From an uncultured Micavibrio sp. (GTDB lineage: Bacteria; Pseudomonadota; Alphaproteobacteria; Micavibrionales; UBA1664), in NCBI GenBank assembly GCA_964531715.1, contig CAZHEE010000006.1, positions 9,306 through 73,305 of the forward strand: DNA of 64,000 nt, read 5' to 3'. Numbering within the stretch: position 1 is the stretch's first letter; each line of letters starts with the position of its first letter. The translations under genes and the position numbers were made by a program. A model generated the notes under the pieces. It saw only the letters and a program-made list of their open reading frames with translations. It made no database searches and was not told where the DNA came from. This document shows, piece after piece, positions 18,927 through 28,846 of the stretch.

Positions 18927-21883
18927 GCTTTTACACTATCCCTGCCACCCAACCTTTTGCAACAATTCTTGCACAATTTTGTGAAGATTTGGCGGTTGAG
19001 CAAGGCTGCGCTCTCTCATCAATTAAAGTTTTCTTGCCGACACGGCGTGCAATTCGCACGATACAGCAGGCCTTTTTAAATTTGTCAGAAGGCAAACCGC
19101 GCTTGCTCCCCTTATTGCAATCTATCGGTGATGCGGATTTAGAGGAAGCGGCCTTTACAAGCATGGTTGATGCGGATATTCCGCCTGCTATTGATCCGCT
19201 TCATCGGCAAATGGCTCTGGCTCGCTTGTTGGAAAAGGCTTGGCCCCATAATTATCAATTTGATCATGCCTTGATTGTTGCGCGGCAGCTAAGCCAATTA
19301 ATTGATCAAATTCATACGCAAAATCTTAACCCGTCCGACCTCGGAACTCTTGAAGGGCTAGGTGACTATGCCGAACATTGGCAAGTCACAAGCCAGTTCT
19401 TAAGCGTGGTTTTGACACAAATCTGGCCTGACTACTTAAAAGAAAAAGCGCTGATCGACCCTGGTGAAGACAGGCGCAGGCGTACAAATGCTTTAACAGA
19501 TTTCTATGCACAAAATGGCTGTCACTATCCCGTTATTGTTGCGGGTTCAACAGGCTCAATCCCTGCAACACGAAATTTTATCAAAGCAATTGCGGGTCTT
19601 GATAATGGCTATGTTATCCTCCCTGCGCTTGATAATCAGGCTAGTGAAAAATACTGGCATGAAGTCAATGTCGGTCATGCCCAATATTTACTGAAAAATC
19701 TTTTGGACGTATGCCGAATAAAGCCGAATAATGTTCAGCTATTGACTCATGACGAAAGGCAGGCACGTCATAAGCTTGCCTCTGAAATGATGCGGCCTGC
19801 CGTAATCAGTGACCAATGGCAAAATCTGTCTTTATCTTATGAGAAAGAGACGATCCTAAAAGGATTGGAAAATATAAAAATCTGTGAGGCGGATAATGAT
19901 CATCATGAAGCCTTGGCGATTGCATTATCTCTCTTAGAAATTGCTGCAGATAAAAATCAAACAAAGACCGCTACATTAATTACACCCGATCGTCACATTG
20001 CAATGCGTGTTCAAGCAATATTGCGACAGTTCGATATAGAAATTGATGATAGTGCCGGGGTTAATTTATCGCAAACCCCAATCGGTCAATTTGCGCTCGC
20101 ATCGCTAAAAGCAAAGATTGGCGATCAAATTCAACCCATCTCTTTCCTTGCGTTACTAAAAAATGCATTTATCGGGAATAAGGGTTTGAATAATATGCGA
20201 ACGCTTATTCGTAAAGTTGAGCACGATGTTTTTCGCGGTGTCAGACCGCATGGTGGCTTTCAGGAGCTGGCAGAAGATAATCCGCAATACTGGGATTTTT
20301 TCACGCTTATGCAATCTTATTTTGAGCCTCTTAATAAGCTTCAGACTAATAAGCATGCTTTAAAATCATATGTCATGGCGCATATTCTAACCCTTGAGAA
20401 CTTATCAGCAACGAACGATAAGTCAGGCTCAGAAAGGCTTTGGGTTAATGATGATGGTGAGGCACTGGCGTCGCTCCTCACGCAATTACAAATGCAAAAT
20501 GATATTGCGCCGCCAATGACATTTGAATCCTACGTCACCTTGTTCGAAACTTTATTAAATGGAGAGGCAGTCACAGCACGTTATGGCAAGCATCCGCGCC
20601 TTTCTATCCTTGGGCAAATTGAGGCACGAATGGTACAGGCAGATCGCGTCATTTTGGCAGGGTTAAATGAAGGAATTTGGCCCCCTGAGGCAGGGTTTGA
20701 TGTTTGGATGTCACGCAAAATGCGAAGCGATTTTGGCTTACCTTCGGTTGAGCAGAAAACAACATTGGCAGCGCATGATTTTTTTGCGGCCTTTTGTGCC
20801 CATGATGTAGTGATTACACGTTCAAAAAAGTCAGACGGGCAACCGACTTTGCCTTCACGTTGGCTTAATCGCCTGAATACAGTGATGCAAGCGGCGGGTT
20901 TAGAGGATAAGGACAAGCCGCAGACTAAAGGTCAAGTCTTACTCAATTACGCGCATGAATTTATGAAAGTTGAGGATGTGCAATCCATCACGCGCCCACA
21001 ACCGATGCCAGCTTTGGAGCGGAGACCATTAAGTTTTTCCGTGACTGAAGTTGAAAAATGGATGCGCGACCCTTATTGGATTTATGCGAAGAAAATCCTA
21101 AATTTGCAAAAGCTTGACCCTGTTGATATGGAAGTCGGCGCGGCAGATCGCGGTACGCTCATTCATGAAACAATAGAAAAATTTGTGAAATCCTATGCAA
21201 ATAATTTACCAGATAACGCTTATCACAAGTTGATAGAAACAGGGCGCAGCATATTTGATAAACAGGCACAAAATACAGAGATTCACGGGCTATGGTGGCC
21301 GCGATTTACCAAGGCCGCGCAATGGTTTATTGCGCATGAAACAGGCTGGCGTAAAGAAACGAAAAATATTTATAGCGAAATGAAAGGTAAAATATCTTTG
21401 CCTATCAAGGGGTCAAAATATTTGCTTAAAGCAAAGGCAGACAGGATAGAGTCGCGTGGCAATGATTCTATTGCAATCATAGATTATAAAACCGGTTCCA
21501 TTCCAAGCGTGGGCGATGTTGCGCTTGGGCTTTCATCACAACTCCCTATTGAAGCTTTTATGGTGCAAGAGGGTGCGTTTGAAGGAATTAAAGTTAATGC
21601 AACCGATGAAATAAAAATTCTTTATTGGTCAATCAGCGGAACAGGGGAAGGCGGGCTATGTCGCGCGGCAGAAGGCAGCAAAAAAAATGCCGATGCTGCG
21701 CCCTTGATCAAACAGGCAGGCGAAGGCGTTCAGGCCTTGTTCACCGCTTTTCACAATGGCTCAACCGCCTATATTGCACAACCCGACCCGAAAAAGGCCT
21801 TGAGCTATAACGATTATGCGCATCTTGAACGCATTACGGAATGGTCGGTCAATGAGGGCGACGATGATGGGAGTTTCGAATAA
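18923..21883 (+). CDS. addB: Double-strand break repair protein AddB
   Basis: Motifs LPTRRA, VAGSTGSIP, LAGLNEG.WP, SRWL.RL, RDPY..YA and nuclease KADRIE..IIDYKTG. Confidence 0.95.
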   Translation: MSFYTIPATQPFATILAQFCEDLAVEQGCALSSIKVFLPTRRAIRTIQQAFLNLSEGKPRLLPLLQSIGDADLEEAAFTSMVDADIPPAIDPLHRQMALARLLEKAWPHNYQFDHALIVARQLSQLIDQIHTQNLNPSDLGTLEGLGDYAEHWQVTSQFLSVVLTQIWPDYLKEKALIDPGEDRRRRTNALTDFYAQNGCHYPVIVAGSTGSIPATRNFIKAIAGLDNGYVILPALDNQASEKYWHEVNVGHAQYLLKNLLDVCRIKPNNVQLLTHDERQARHKLASEMMRPAVISDQWQNLSLSYEKETILKGLENIKICEADNDHHEALAIALSLLEIAADKNQTKTATLITPDRHIAMRVQAILRQFDIEIDDSAGVNLSQTPIGQFALASLKAKIGDQIQPISFLALLKNAFIGNKGLNNMRTLIRKVEHDVFRGVRPHGGFQELAEDNPQYWDFFTLMQSYFEPLNKLQTNKHALKSYVMAHILTLENLSATNDKSGSERLWVNDDGEALASLLTQLQMQNDIAPPMTFESYVTLFETLLNGEAVTARYGKHPRLSILGQIEARMVQADRVILAGLNEGIWPPEAGFDVWMSRKMRSDFGLPSVEQKTTLAAHDFFAAFCAHDVVITRSKKSDGQPTLPSRWLNRLNTVMQAAGLEDKDKPQTKGQVLLNYAHEFMKVEDVQSITRPQPMPALERRPLSFSVTEVEKWMRDPYWIYAKKILNLQKLDPVDMEVGAADRGTLIHETIEKFVKSYANNLPDNAYHKLIETGRSIFDKQAQNTEIHGLWWPRFTKAAQWFIAHETGWRKETKNIYSEMKGKISLPIKGSKYLLKAKADRIESRGNDSIAIIDYKTGSIPSVGDVALGLSSQLPIEAFMVQEGAFEGIKVNATDEIKILYWSISGTGEGGLCRAAEGSKKNADAAPLIKQAGEGVQALFTAFHNGSTAYIAQPDPKKALSYNDYAHLERITEWSVNEGDDDGSFE

Positions 21884-24800
21884 TGAATGATATCATTGTC
21901 AATGCGACACTCATGCAGATGCAGGCATCAAACCCCCAGAAAAATGTTTGGGTTAATGCCTCGGCAGGAACGGGAAAAACCAAGGTTTTAACCGAGCGCG
22001 TGTTACGCCTTCTCCTTTCAATTGACGGCGTGAATGATGGTGTTGCGCCGGATAATATCCTCTGTGTGACCTTCACTAAGGCCGGTGCTAATGAGATGAT
22101 TACGCGCCTGATGCGTATCCTTTCAAACTGGGCTGTGTGTAGTGAAAAAGATTTAATTAAAGAACTTAACAAGCTTCTTTGTAAAGAAACATCACGTAAG
22201 CAAAAAGATAAGGCACGGCAACTTTATGCCGAGATTGTTGATTTGCCGAACGGGTTAAATATTACAACCATTCATGCGCTGTGCCAGTCTATCCTCGGGC
22301 GATTTACGCTGGAGGCCGGGTTGCCGCCTGATTTTAGCTTGGCAGAAGAAGCCGAAGCATCCCTTATGGTCAAACAGGCGCGAAATAACCTGATAAGTGA
22401 TATTCTTAATAACGACAATCATAATTTGCGTGAAAGCTTTACGCGCCTAGCCATTTTAAAAAACAGCGAGCAGCTGAACAAACTCCTGACAACCATTATG
22501 GCGGACAGGAAGCCACTTTCGGAATTTTTTGCGACATATCCTGATTATCCTGCAGCAATACGCTATGCGTTTGAATTGCAGAACAGTGTGACGCGGGAGA
22601 CCATTCTCAACCAAGGACTCTATGATGATTTACCTGAAGAAACTATTCACCGCCTTGCGGATGCTCTTGATAGAGGCACAAAAACAGAGGTTCAAAATGC
22701 AGTAATCCTTCGTGATTTTTTGAAAAGTGACAGGGTCGAAAATTACAATTCTTATCAATCAATCTTTTTGGACAAAAAAGGAAAAACTAAAAAAGGATTG
22801 AATAAAGATGCTCTCGCATACGCCCCTGAGGCTCAAGATATTTTTATGCAAGAGGCCGAACGGATACAAACTATTGCCGATAAATTGCTGCGCCTGAATT
22901 CCTATCGTGCAACCTGTGACTTACTGGCAATCGGGCAAGCGATAATCGACCGTTATCAGGCCATGAAAACCGCCGCGCGGAAGGTTGATTATGATGACCT
23001 CATTCATCGTACGCTTACCTTGCTCAATGGCCCGATGCGGCAATGGGTTTTGTTCAAATTGGATTACACTATTGAGCATATTTTGGTTGATGAAGCTCAA
23101 GACACAAGTCCCGACCAATGGAATATTATCAAGGCCTTATGCGATGATTTTTATGATGGAGAATCGGTGCGTGACGAGAGCGGTTTAAATCGCTCGCTTT
23201 TTGTTGTCGGGGATAATAAACAATCGATTTTCAGCTTCCAAGGTGCGAATTTGGAAAATTTTAACGATGTTCATAATGGGTTGAAAAACAAAGTGACGGC
23301 GGCGAATTATGATTGGCAGGATGTGCCGATGAACACCTCGTTTCGTTCCTCGAAAGCCATCCTCGATTTTGTCGATACCATTTTCATGCCCAATTATGAT
23401 TTGCGTTGTGCCCTCACTCAAAACCCCGATGCCTATCAAAACCATATTGCAAAGAAGACCTTGGATGCAGGGCGAGTCGAAATCTGGCCCCCTTATAAAG
23501 CCCCTAAAAATGTTGAGCTGCCTGTTCCGTGGACATTACCGCTAAATGTCGTGGAAGGCCATAATGCCATGCAGGCCTTGGCAAACCGTATCGCCTCCTA
23601 TATTGCGGACTGGATCAAGAATGGTGAAGTTCTTAAAGCCAAAGGGCGGACGATTGAAGCAGGCGATATTATGATACTGGTACGGCGAAGAAATGCTTTG
23701 GTTGAGCATCTTATTCGCGCATTAAAAACCCATAATATTCCTGTTTCAGGGGCAGACAGGCTTGTTATTGTTGACCATATCGCGGTTCAGGATATTCTTT
23801 CCGCACTTCAATTTGCATTGTTGCCGGAAGATGATTTGAATCTGGCTTGTTTGTTAAAGTCACCATTCATCGGTATGGATGATGCGGAAATCGAAGATAT
23901 CGCATATGCGCGCGAAGGAAGCCTGTGGCAAGCGGTTAAAGATAAGGCCGCGCTTGAAATTATATCTTGGTTAAACAATTTGATAGTAAGATTAAACGCG
24001 CAAAATACCTTTGGCGCAGTGAGTGATTTGCTGCACCTTAAGGCGGCTGATAAGAAAAAAACAGGTTGGCAGGCATTAATCAGCCGTTTGGGTGAGGATT
24101 CTATTGACCCGTTACAGGAATTACTGGCATTGGCGCAGAATTATGACCTGAATAATGCTGCAGATTCAGTTCAAGGTTTTGTGCATAGTATGCTGGACAG
24201 CAAAATCGATATCAAACGTGAATTGGATGGCGGTGGGGGTAAGGTACGCATTATGACGGTTCATGCCTCAAAGGGTTTGGAGGCGCCGATTGTTATCCTG
24301 CCCGATACCGCTGCCGTTATCAGTAAGGGAAAACATGATGGGCTATTATGGACGGATAATAATATACCGCTTTGGTCGGTGAAGTCAGATGATGACCCCC
24401 AAATAATTAAACAGATGAAGACCGAAAAATATGAGGCAGAAATGGCGGAGTATCATCGCCTGCTTTACGTTGCGGCAACCCGTGCCGAAGATCGCCTCGT
24501 TATTTGCGGTGCGTTGAATGGCACACAATCTAAACCGAAGGAAGCCTCATGGTATGATTCATGTTTGCGGGCTTTCACGCGAGATAATGATGATTTCAGT
24601 GTAAAAACAGAGGCTTGGAAACATGATGAGGCATATATGCTCCCCGAAACCGAGCCTTTAATCTATATTCATGAGACAGAGCAGGAGCACGAAGTAAATA
24701 TTAAAAATGCTGCACAACTAACAAAACAAAAATTTAAACTTCCCGAATGGGTGACATCGCCATTACCAAAAGAGAGGACACCGCCGCGTGTCTTGAAACC

Positions 24801-25347
24801 GTCACAGGATAATGAGGCAGTGCCTGTCCGCTCACCTTTGGATGCGCATGATGAGAGCTATCGTTATAAACGCGGATTATTGACCCATAGTTTATTACAA
24901 TATCTTCCTGATATTGCGCCTGAAAACCGTGAACAGGCCGCGCATAACTTTATGACACTCAAAGCAACGGATATAGCCGAAAATATTCGGCAGAGTATCA
25001 TCACTGAAACGCTTGCAATTTTGAACAATGAAAATTTCAAACCGTTTTTTGGTCAAGGATCACTTGCCGAGGTACCGGTGACCGGAACAGTCACGCATGC
25101 TGATGGTAAAATTGATATTATCAGTGGGCAAATTGACCGTATGCTGATAACCGACAGTCATATCTGGATTATCGATTTTAAATCAAACCGTCCGCCGCCA
25201 CGCGAGCCTCATGATATTCCAAATCAATATCGCAAACAGTTAAAAGCTTATAAGGCTTTAATCAGTCAGCTTTACCCTGTGCATATAATTAAATGCGCAC
25301 TTCTTTGGACAGATGGCCCGTTTATGATGGAACTGAACAACATATAA
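21883..25347 (+). CDS. addA: Double-strand break repair helicase/nuclease AddA
   Basis: Motifs ASAGTGKT, VDEAQD, VGDNKQSIFSFQG, TVHASKGLE, YVAATRA and GQIDR..IDFKS. Translationally coupled to addB. Confidence 0.96.
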   Translation: MNDIIVNATLMQMQASNPQKNVWVNASAGTGKTKVLTERVLRLLLSIDGVNDGVAPDNILCVTFTKAGANEMITRLMRILSNWAVCSEKDLIKELNKLLCKETSRKQKDKARQLYAEIVDLPNGLNITTIHALCQSILGRFTLEAGLPPDFSLAEEAEASLMVKQARNNLISDILNNDNHNLRESFTRLAILKNSEQLNKLLTTIMADRKPLSEFFATYPDYPAAIRYAFELQNSVTRETILNQGLYDDLPEETIHRLADALDRGTKTEVQNAVILRDFLKSDRVENYNSYQSIFLDKKGKTKKGLNKDALAYAPEAQDIFMQEAERIQTIADKLLRLNSYRATCDLLAIGQAIIDRYQAMKTAARKVDYDDLIHRTLTLLNGPMRQWVLFKLDYTIEHILVDEAQDTSPDQWNIIKALCDDFYDGESVRDESGLNRSLFVVGDNKQSIFSFQGANLENFNDVHNGLKNKVTAANYDWQDVPMNTSFRSSKAILDFVDTIFMPNYDLRCALTQNPDAYQNHIAKKTLDAGRVEIWPPYKAPKNVELPVPWTLPLNVVEGHNAMQALANRIASYIADWIKNGEVLKAKGRTIEAGDIMILVRRRNALVEHLIRALKTHNIPVSGADRLVIVDHIAVQDILSALQFALLPEDDLNLACLLKSPFIGMDDAEIEDIAYAREGSLWQAVKDKAALEIISWLNNLIVRLNAQNTFGAVSDLLHLKAADKKKTGWQALISRLGEDSIDPLQELLALAQNYDLNNAADSVQGFVHSMLDSKIDIKRELDGGGGKVRIMTVHASKGLEAPIVILPDTAAVISKGKHDGLLWTDNNIPLWSVKSDDDPQIIKQMKTEKYEAEMAEYHRLLYVAATRAEDRLVICGALNGTQSKPKEASWYDSCLRAFTRDNDDFSVKTEAWKHDEAYMLPETEPLIYIHETEQEHEVNIKNAAQLTKQKFKLPEWVTSPLPKERTPPRVLKPSQDNEAVPVRSPLDAHDESYRYKRGLLTHSLLQYLPDIAPENREQAAHNFMTLKATDIAENIRQSIITETLAILNNENFKPFFGQGSLAEVPVTGTVTHADGKIDIISGQIDRMLITDSHIWIIDFKSNRPPPREPHDIPNQYRKQLKAYKALISQLYPVHIIKCALLWTDGPFMMELNNI

Positions 25348-25375
25348 AAAAGCCCTCAAATCATGAGGGCTTTTT
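25347..25375. terminator. Bidirectional intrinsic terminator between addA and rplT
   Basis: AAAAAGCCCTCA-aatca-TGAGGGCTTTTT hairpin with A and T tails. Confidence 0.8.
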
Positions 25376-25396
25376 AAAATACTGATAGAGTTACAA

Positions 25397-25765
25397 CTAG
25401 GCCGCTTTTTTATCGAGAGCCTTTTGAGCTGTCTCACAAATTGTCTTAAAACCTGCCTCATCATGAACGGCGATGTCTGACAAAACCTTACGGTCAAGGT
25501 CGAGACCTGACAATTTTAAACCATTCATAAATTGTGAGTAGGTTAAACCGTGAAGGCGAACCGCGGCATTAATACGCTGTATCCAAAGCGCGCGGAAATT
25601 CCGCTTTTTATTGCGGCGGTCACGATAAGCGTACTGACCCGCCTTCTCAACCGCTTGCACGGCTGTCCTGAAACAATTTTTACGGCGACCGTAATAGCCC
25701 TTGGCTTTTGAGATGACCTTGCGGTGCCTTGCGTGGGCGCGAGCCCCTCCTTTAACGCGTGCCAT
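25397..25765 (-). CDS. rplT: 50S ribosomal protein L20
   Basis: [36 protein letters not shown]. Confidence 0.98.
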   Translation of the reverse strand: MARVKGGARAHARHRKVISKAKGYYGRRKNCFRTAVQAVEKAGQYAYRDRRNKKRNFRALWIQRINAAVRLHGLTYSQFMNGLKLSGLDLDRKVLSDIAVHDEAGFKTICETAQKALDKKAA

Positions 25766-26019
25766 TATGCCTGCCCTCCTGTATTTGAATTGTCATTAGA
25801 CGAAGTTTTCTTATTTTTGCGATTATACGGCATGAAAGAGCGCAGAATAATACGCGCATCCGCCTTGCACAGAACTGTCGTTCCGCGTGCCTGGCGTTTT
25901 CTTTTTGTCGGTTTATTCATCAGCATGTGGCGGGCATTGGCCTGTTTCGCCTTTACTTTGCCTGACTTCGTGACTCTGAAGCGCTTCTTGGCGCTTGATT
26001 TCGTTTTCATTTTCGGCAT
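25765..26019 (-). CDS. rpmI: 50S ribosomal protein L35 with C-terminal extension
   Basis: [23 protein letters not shown]; true start is ATG 26019. Stop overlaps the rplT start (TAATG). Confidence 0.95.
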   Translation of the reverse strand: MPKMKTKSSAKKRFRVTKSGKVKAKQANARHMLMNKPTKRKRQARGTTVLCKADARIILRSFMPYNRKNKKTSSNDNSNTGGQA

Positions 26020-26194
26020 TTCATATATCCTTTTAAATTGAAGGGTTATCATTCATAAAAATACCAGGCATGCCATTCGCCCGTATTTTCGTTTAAGTCC
26101 TCATTCTATAAAGGAAAGCCTGTATCAAATGCAAGTGAAAATTAAAAAGGCATAGGATAAGCATGAGAGGAACTTATCCCGGCAATATCAAAAT

Positions 26195-26242
26195 ATACTA
26201 TATATTGTGTTTTTCATGCTTGACCGCCACAGTATATTGAGA
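26195..26242. promoter_or_regulatory. Tandem NrdR boxes
   Basis: ataCtAtATaTtGtgt (26195-26210) and ccaCagtATaTtGaga (26227-26242) match the consensus acaCwAtATaTwGtgt, offset by 32 bp. Box 2 fills the spacer after TTGACC (26220). Confidence 0.7.
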
Positions 26243-26254
26243 CACACTTAAATT

Positions 26255-26273
26255 ATTGAGAATCACTCTCAAT
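26255..26273. promoter_or_regulatory. Fur-box-like 9-1-9 palindrome
   Basis: ATTGAGAAT-C-ACTCTCAAT, one mismatch from perfect symmetry. Confidence 0.5.
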
Positions 26274-26311
26274 CAAAACTGCTTAATATTTATCATTACG
26301 GAGAGATACAG

Positions 26312-26557
26312 ATGAACACGCTTTTGCATGATTTGCTTGAACTTGAAACCTTTGCAAGCGGCGCGGAAGCCTGTATTTATGAGGCGGATTTATGGGCGCG
26401 TTACGGTAAATCGGAAACGATCACAGCGATTGAGACAGGTTTAATTGAACACCGCCGTATTAAATTCCGTGATGGTCACGGGCGTTGTGTTTGTTGGCTT
26501 TCTGATAAAGGGAAAACCGTTGCAAAAACCGAACAAGAGGCATCATCCGTTTTATAA
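26312..26557 (+). CDS. Small hypothetical protein, possible winged helix
   Basis: GGAGA RBS. The segment GLIEHRR...CWLSDKGK resembles a wHTH wing. Confidence 0.65.
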   Translation: MNTLLHDLLELETFASGAEACIYEADLWARYGKSETITAIETGLIEHRRIKFRDGHGRCVCWLSDKGKTVAKTEQEASSVL

Positions 26558-26641
26558 AATTTAGGAATGTTCATCATTCTTGCAAGCTGATATAATTCTG
26601 TTCATATAAAAAAATAAAATGACTTTACAGGAGTTATCAGT

Positions 26642-27229
26642 ATGAAATTCGGATATCCGATTATAGCGGTATTTTTCAGCCTATTTACAATAAGCGGGTG
26701 CGCGACATATTCCCAAGGCGACATGATTGCCGACAGAACTTATGAAGCGACAGATTCGCTCGTTCGATCCTCAGGTCTTACCAATGATGATAAAAACAAA
26801 CCGCTGATTGTTACAACGATTTCTGATATCAACTTGCCCGAGACAAGCAATGCTTTCGGACGTTTGGTTAGTGAGCAAATTGCTGGGCGTTTGGCACAAC
26901 GAGGTTTTCACGTGACCGAGCTTAAAATGCGGGAAAGTCTTAATATCAAACGCGGTTTGTTAAACCCGTCTGAGGCAGGTGAGTTCCTGATTTCCCGTGA
27001 CGTTCAGGCATTGCCGGGTGAGCAAACGGCAATGGCCGCGATTGTCGGCAGCTATGCCCTATCAGGCAGCGATGTCATTGTTCATTTAAAGATGCTTAAT
27101 ACAGTGAACGGGCAAATCCTCGGTTCAACCGATTATAGCCTTCCGTTGGATCGTGATATCAAAAATCTTTTAAGAGCATATAGTACGGTCGATAATGATT
27201 TTTTCGGCACATCTATGGTTTATAATTAG
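26642..27229 (+). CDS. FlgO-family outer-membrane lipoprotein
   Basis: Lipobox ISGC; motifs FGRLVSEQIAGRLAQRGF.V.ELK and GEFLISRD. AGGAG RBS. Confidence 0.75.
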   Translation: MKFGYPIIAVFFSLFTISGCATYSQGDMIADRTYEATDSLVRSSGLTNDDKNKPLIVTTISDINLPETSNAFGRLVSEQIAGRLAQRGFHVTELKMRESLNIKRGLLNPSEAGEFLISRDVQALPGEQTAMAAIVGSYALSGSDVIVHLKMLNTVNGQILGSTDYSLPLDRDIKNLLRAYSTVDNDFFGTSMVYN

Positions 27230-27256
27230 AAAAACGGATTTCCTGTCATGATAATC

Positions 27257-27601
27257 ATGCAAGATCATTTTCCGAGTGATGCGGATGACGGTGGCGATTC
27301 TAATAATCCGCTTCATGATGTCCTCCTCAAGCCTAAGCCAAAAACCAAAAAGCCCAGCATGTATAAGGTTATCTTGTTGAATGATGATTATACGCCGATG
27401 GATTTCGTCACCCATATCTTGCAAAAATTTTTCAGTAAAACCGGCGAGGAAGCCACCGAAATTATGCTCCACGTCCATCGCCGCGGGGTCGGTGTATGCG
27501 GTATTTTCACATATGAGGTTGCAGAGACAAAAGTTTCGCTTGTGATGGACTATGCACGCGCCCATGAACAACCGCTTCAATGTACAATGGAAAAAGAATA
27601 G
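27257..27601 (+). CDS. clpS: ATP-dependent Clp protease adaptor ClpS
   Basis: Motifs [36 protein letters not shown] and PLQCTME. Confidence 0.96.
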   Translation: MQDHFPSDADDGGDSNNPLHDVLLKPKPKTKKPSMYKVILLNDDYTPMDFVTHILQKFFSKTGEEATEIMLHVHRRGVGVCGIFTYEVAETKVSLVMDYARAHEQPLQCTMEKE

Positions 27602-27656
27602 TTTTTCCCCTTACTTTATATTGAATATCAAAGGTCGGTCTGATAAAGATTGTGCC

Positions 27657-28352
27657 ATGCAAAATATTTCAAAATACGACCTGATAATTTTTGATTGTGA
27701 CGGCACACTTGTTGATAGCGAGATGGCGCATAACAAAGTTCTACTGGAACAACTCCATGCGCTAGGCCTTACCGAATACACTCCTGAAAAAACTATGGAA
27801 ACCTTCGCAGGTCGCGCCATTACGGACATTGTTGAAAGGGTTGAGAAAGAGCATAGCGTGCGCTTTCCCGACCATCATTGGGAAAAAAATCAAGCGCTAT
27901 ACAAGGAAATTTTACCCAATTACATGCGCCTTGACCCGACCTGCCGCCCGCTTTTAGAAAAATTAAAAGAAGTAGGGCAGAAAATGGCGGTCGGTTCTAA
28001 CGGTACACGCGATAATGTTTTGGGTACGATTCGCGCCGCTGGCTTTGATGAGTTTTTCCCTGATGAGTTTATCTTTACATTTGAAATGGTCAGAAACCCG
28101 AAGCCTGCACCCGACCTTTACCTCCATGTTTGTGAGGCAATGCATGCAACGCCGGATAAGGCGATTGTGATTGAGGATACAGTTCCGGGAGCCTTGGCAG
28201 GCTTGGCGGCGAACATCGATACGGTCGGCTATACGGGCTTATCCCATCGTGATGGGCAATTTGACCGCCTGAAAGCCATTGATTGCACGCATGTGATTAC
28301 CGCCATGGGTGACCTCGACGCAATTATTTATCCACATGCCAAAGTGGCGTAG
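27657..28352 (+). CDS. HAD-IA family phosphatase
   Basis: Motifs IFDCDGTLVDSE, GSN, KPAPDLY and VIEDTVPG. Confidence 0.9.
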   Translation: MQNISKYDLIIFDCDGTLVDSEMAHNKVLLEQLHALGLTEYTPEKTMETFAGRAITDIVERVEKEHSVRFPDHHWEKNQALYKEILPNYMRLDPTCRPLLEKLKEVGQKMAVGSNGTRDNVLGTIRAAGFDEFFPDEFIFTFEMVRNPKPAPDLYLHVCEAMHATPDKAIVIEDTVPGALAGLAANIDTVGYTGLSHRDGQFDRLKAIDCTHVITAMGDLDAIIYPHAKVA

Positions 28353-28466
28353 GATGCTTTGACTGGACAGGGGATGAAAAAGAGCTATTGTCAGGACATG
28401 AACACTCTGCTAAATAACGGCAGTCTTATAAAGAAAAAGATTAAACCACGTAAAGGAACATGATTT

Positions 28467-28706
28467 ATGAGTGATATTGCAGAACGCGTTAAGAAAATTG
28501 TTGTCGAACATTTAGGCGTTGAAGAAGATAAAGTTGTTGAAAGCGCAAGCTTTATTGACGATTTGGGTGCTGACTCCCTTGATACGGTTGAATTGGTAAT
28601 GGCCTTTGAAGAGGAATTTAATGTTGAAATTCCCGATGATGCAGCGGAGAAAATCCAGACTGTCGGCGATGCCGTGACCTTCATCAAGGAAAATTCAGGC
28701 GAGTAA
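28467..28706 (+). CDS. acpP: Acyl carrier protein
   Basis: [20 protein letters not shown]. Confidence 0.98.
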   Translation: MSDIAERVKKIVVEHLGVEEDKVVESASFIDDLGADSLDTVELVMAFEEEFNVEIPDDAAEKIQTVGDAVTFIKENSGE

Positions 28707-28729
28707 TCTACTATTGATTTCACTGATTT

Positions 28730-28766
28730 ATCCCCGTTTTATGGTGACATAAAGCGGGGATTTTCT
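28730..28766 (+). terminator. Intrinsic terminator after acpP
   Basis: ATCCCCGTTTTATG-gtga-CATAAAGCGGGGAT followed by TTT. Confidence 0.6.
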
Positions 28767-28846
28767 TATGGGATGTAAAAAGATGCTGGAACTTTAGGTT
28801 CGCTATGGTAAAAAGATTAAAAGTTTTTTGGTAGGAGTATATAATC

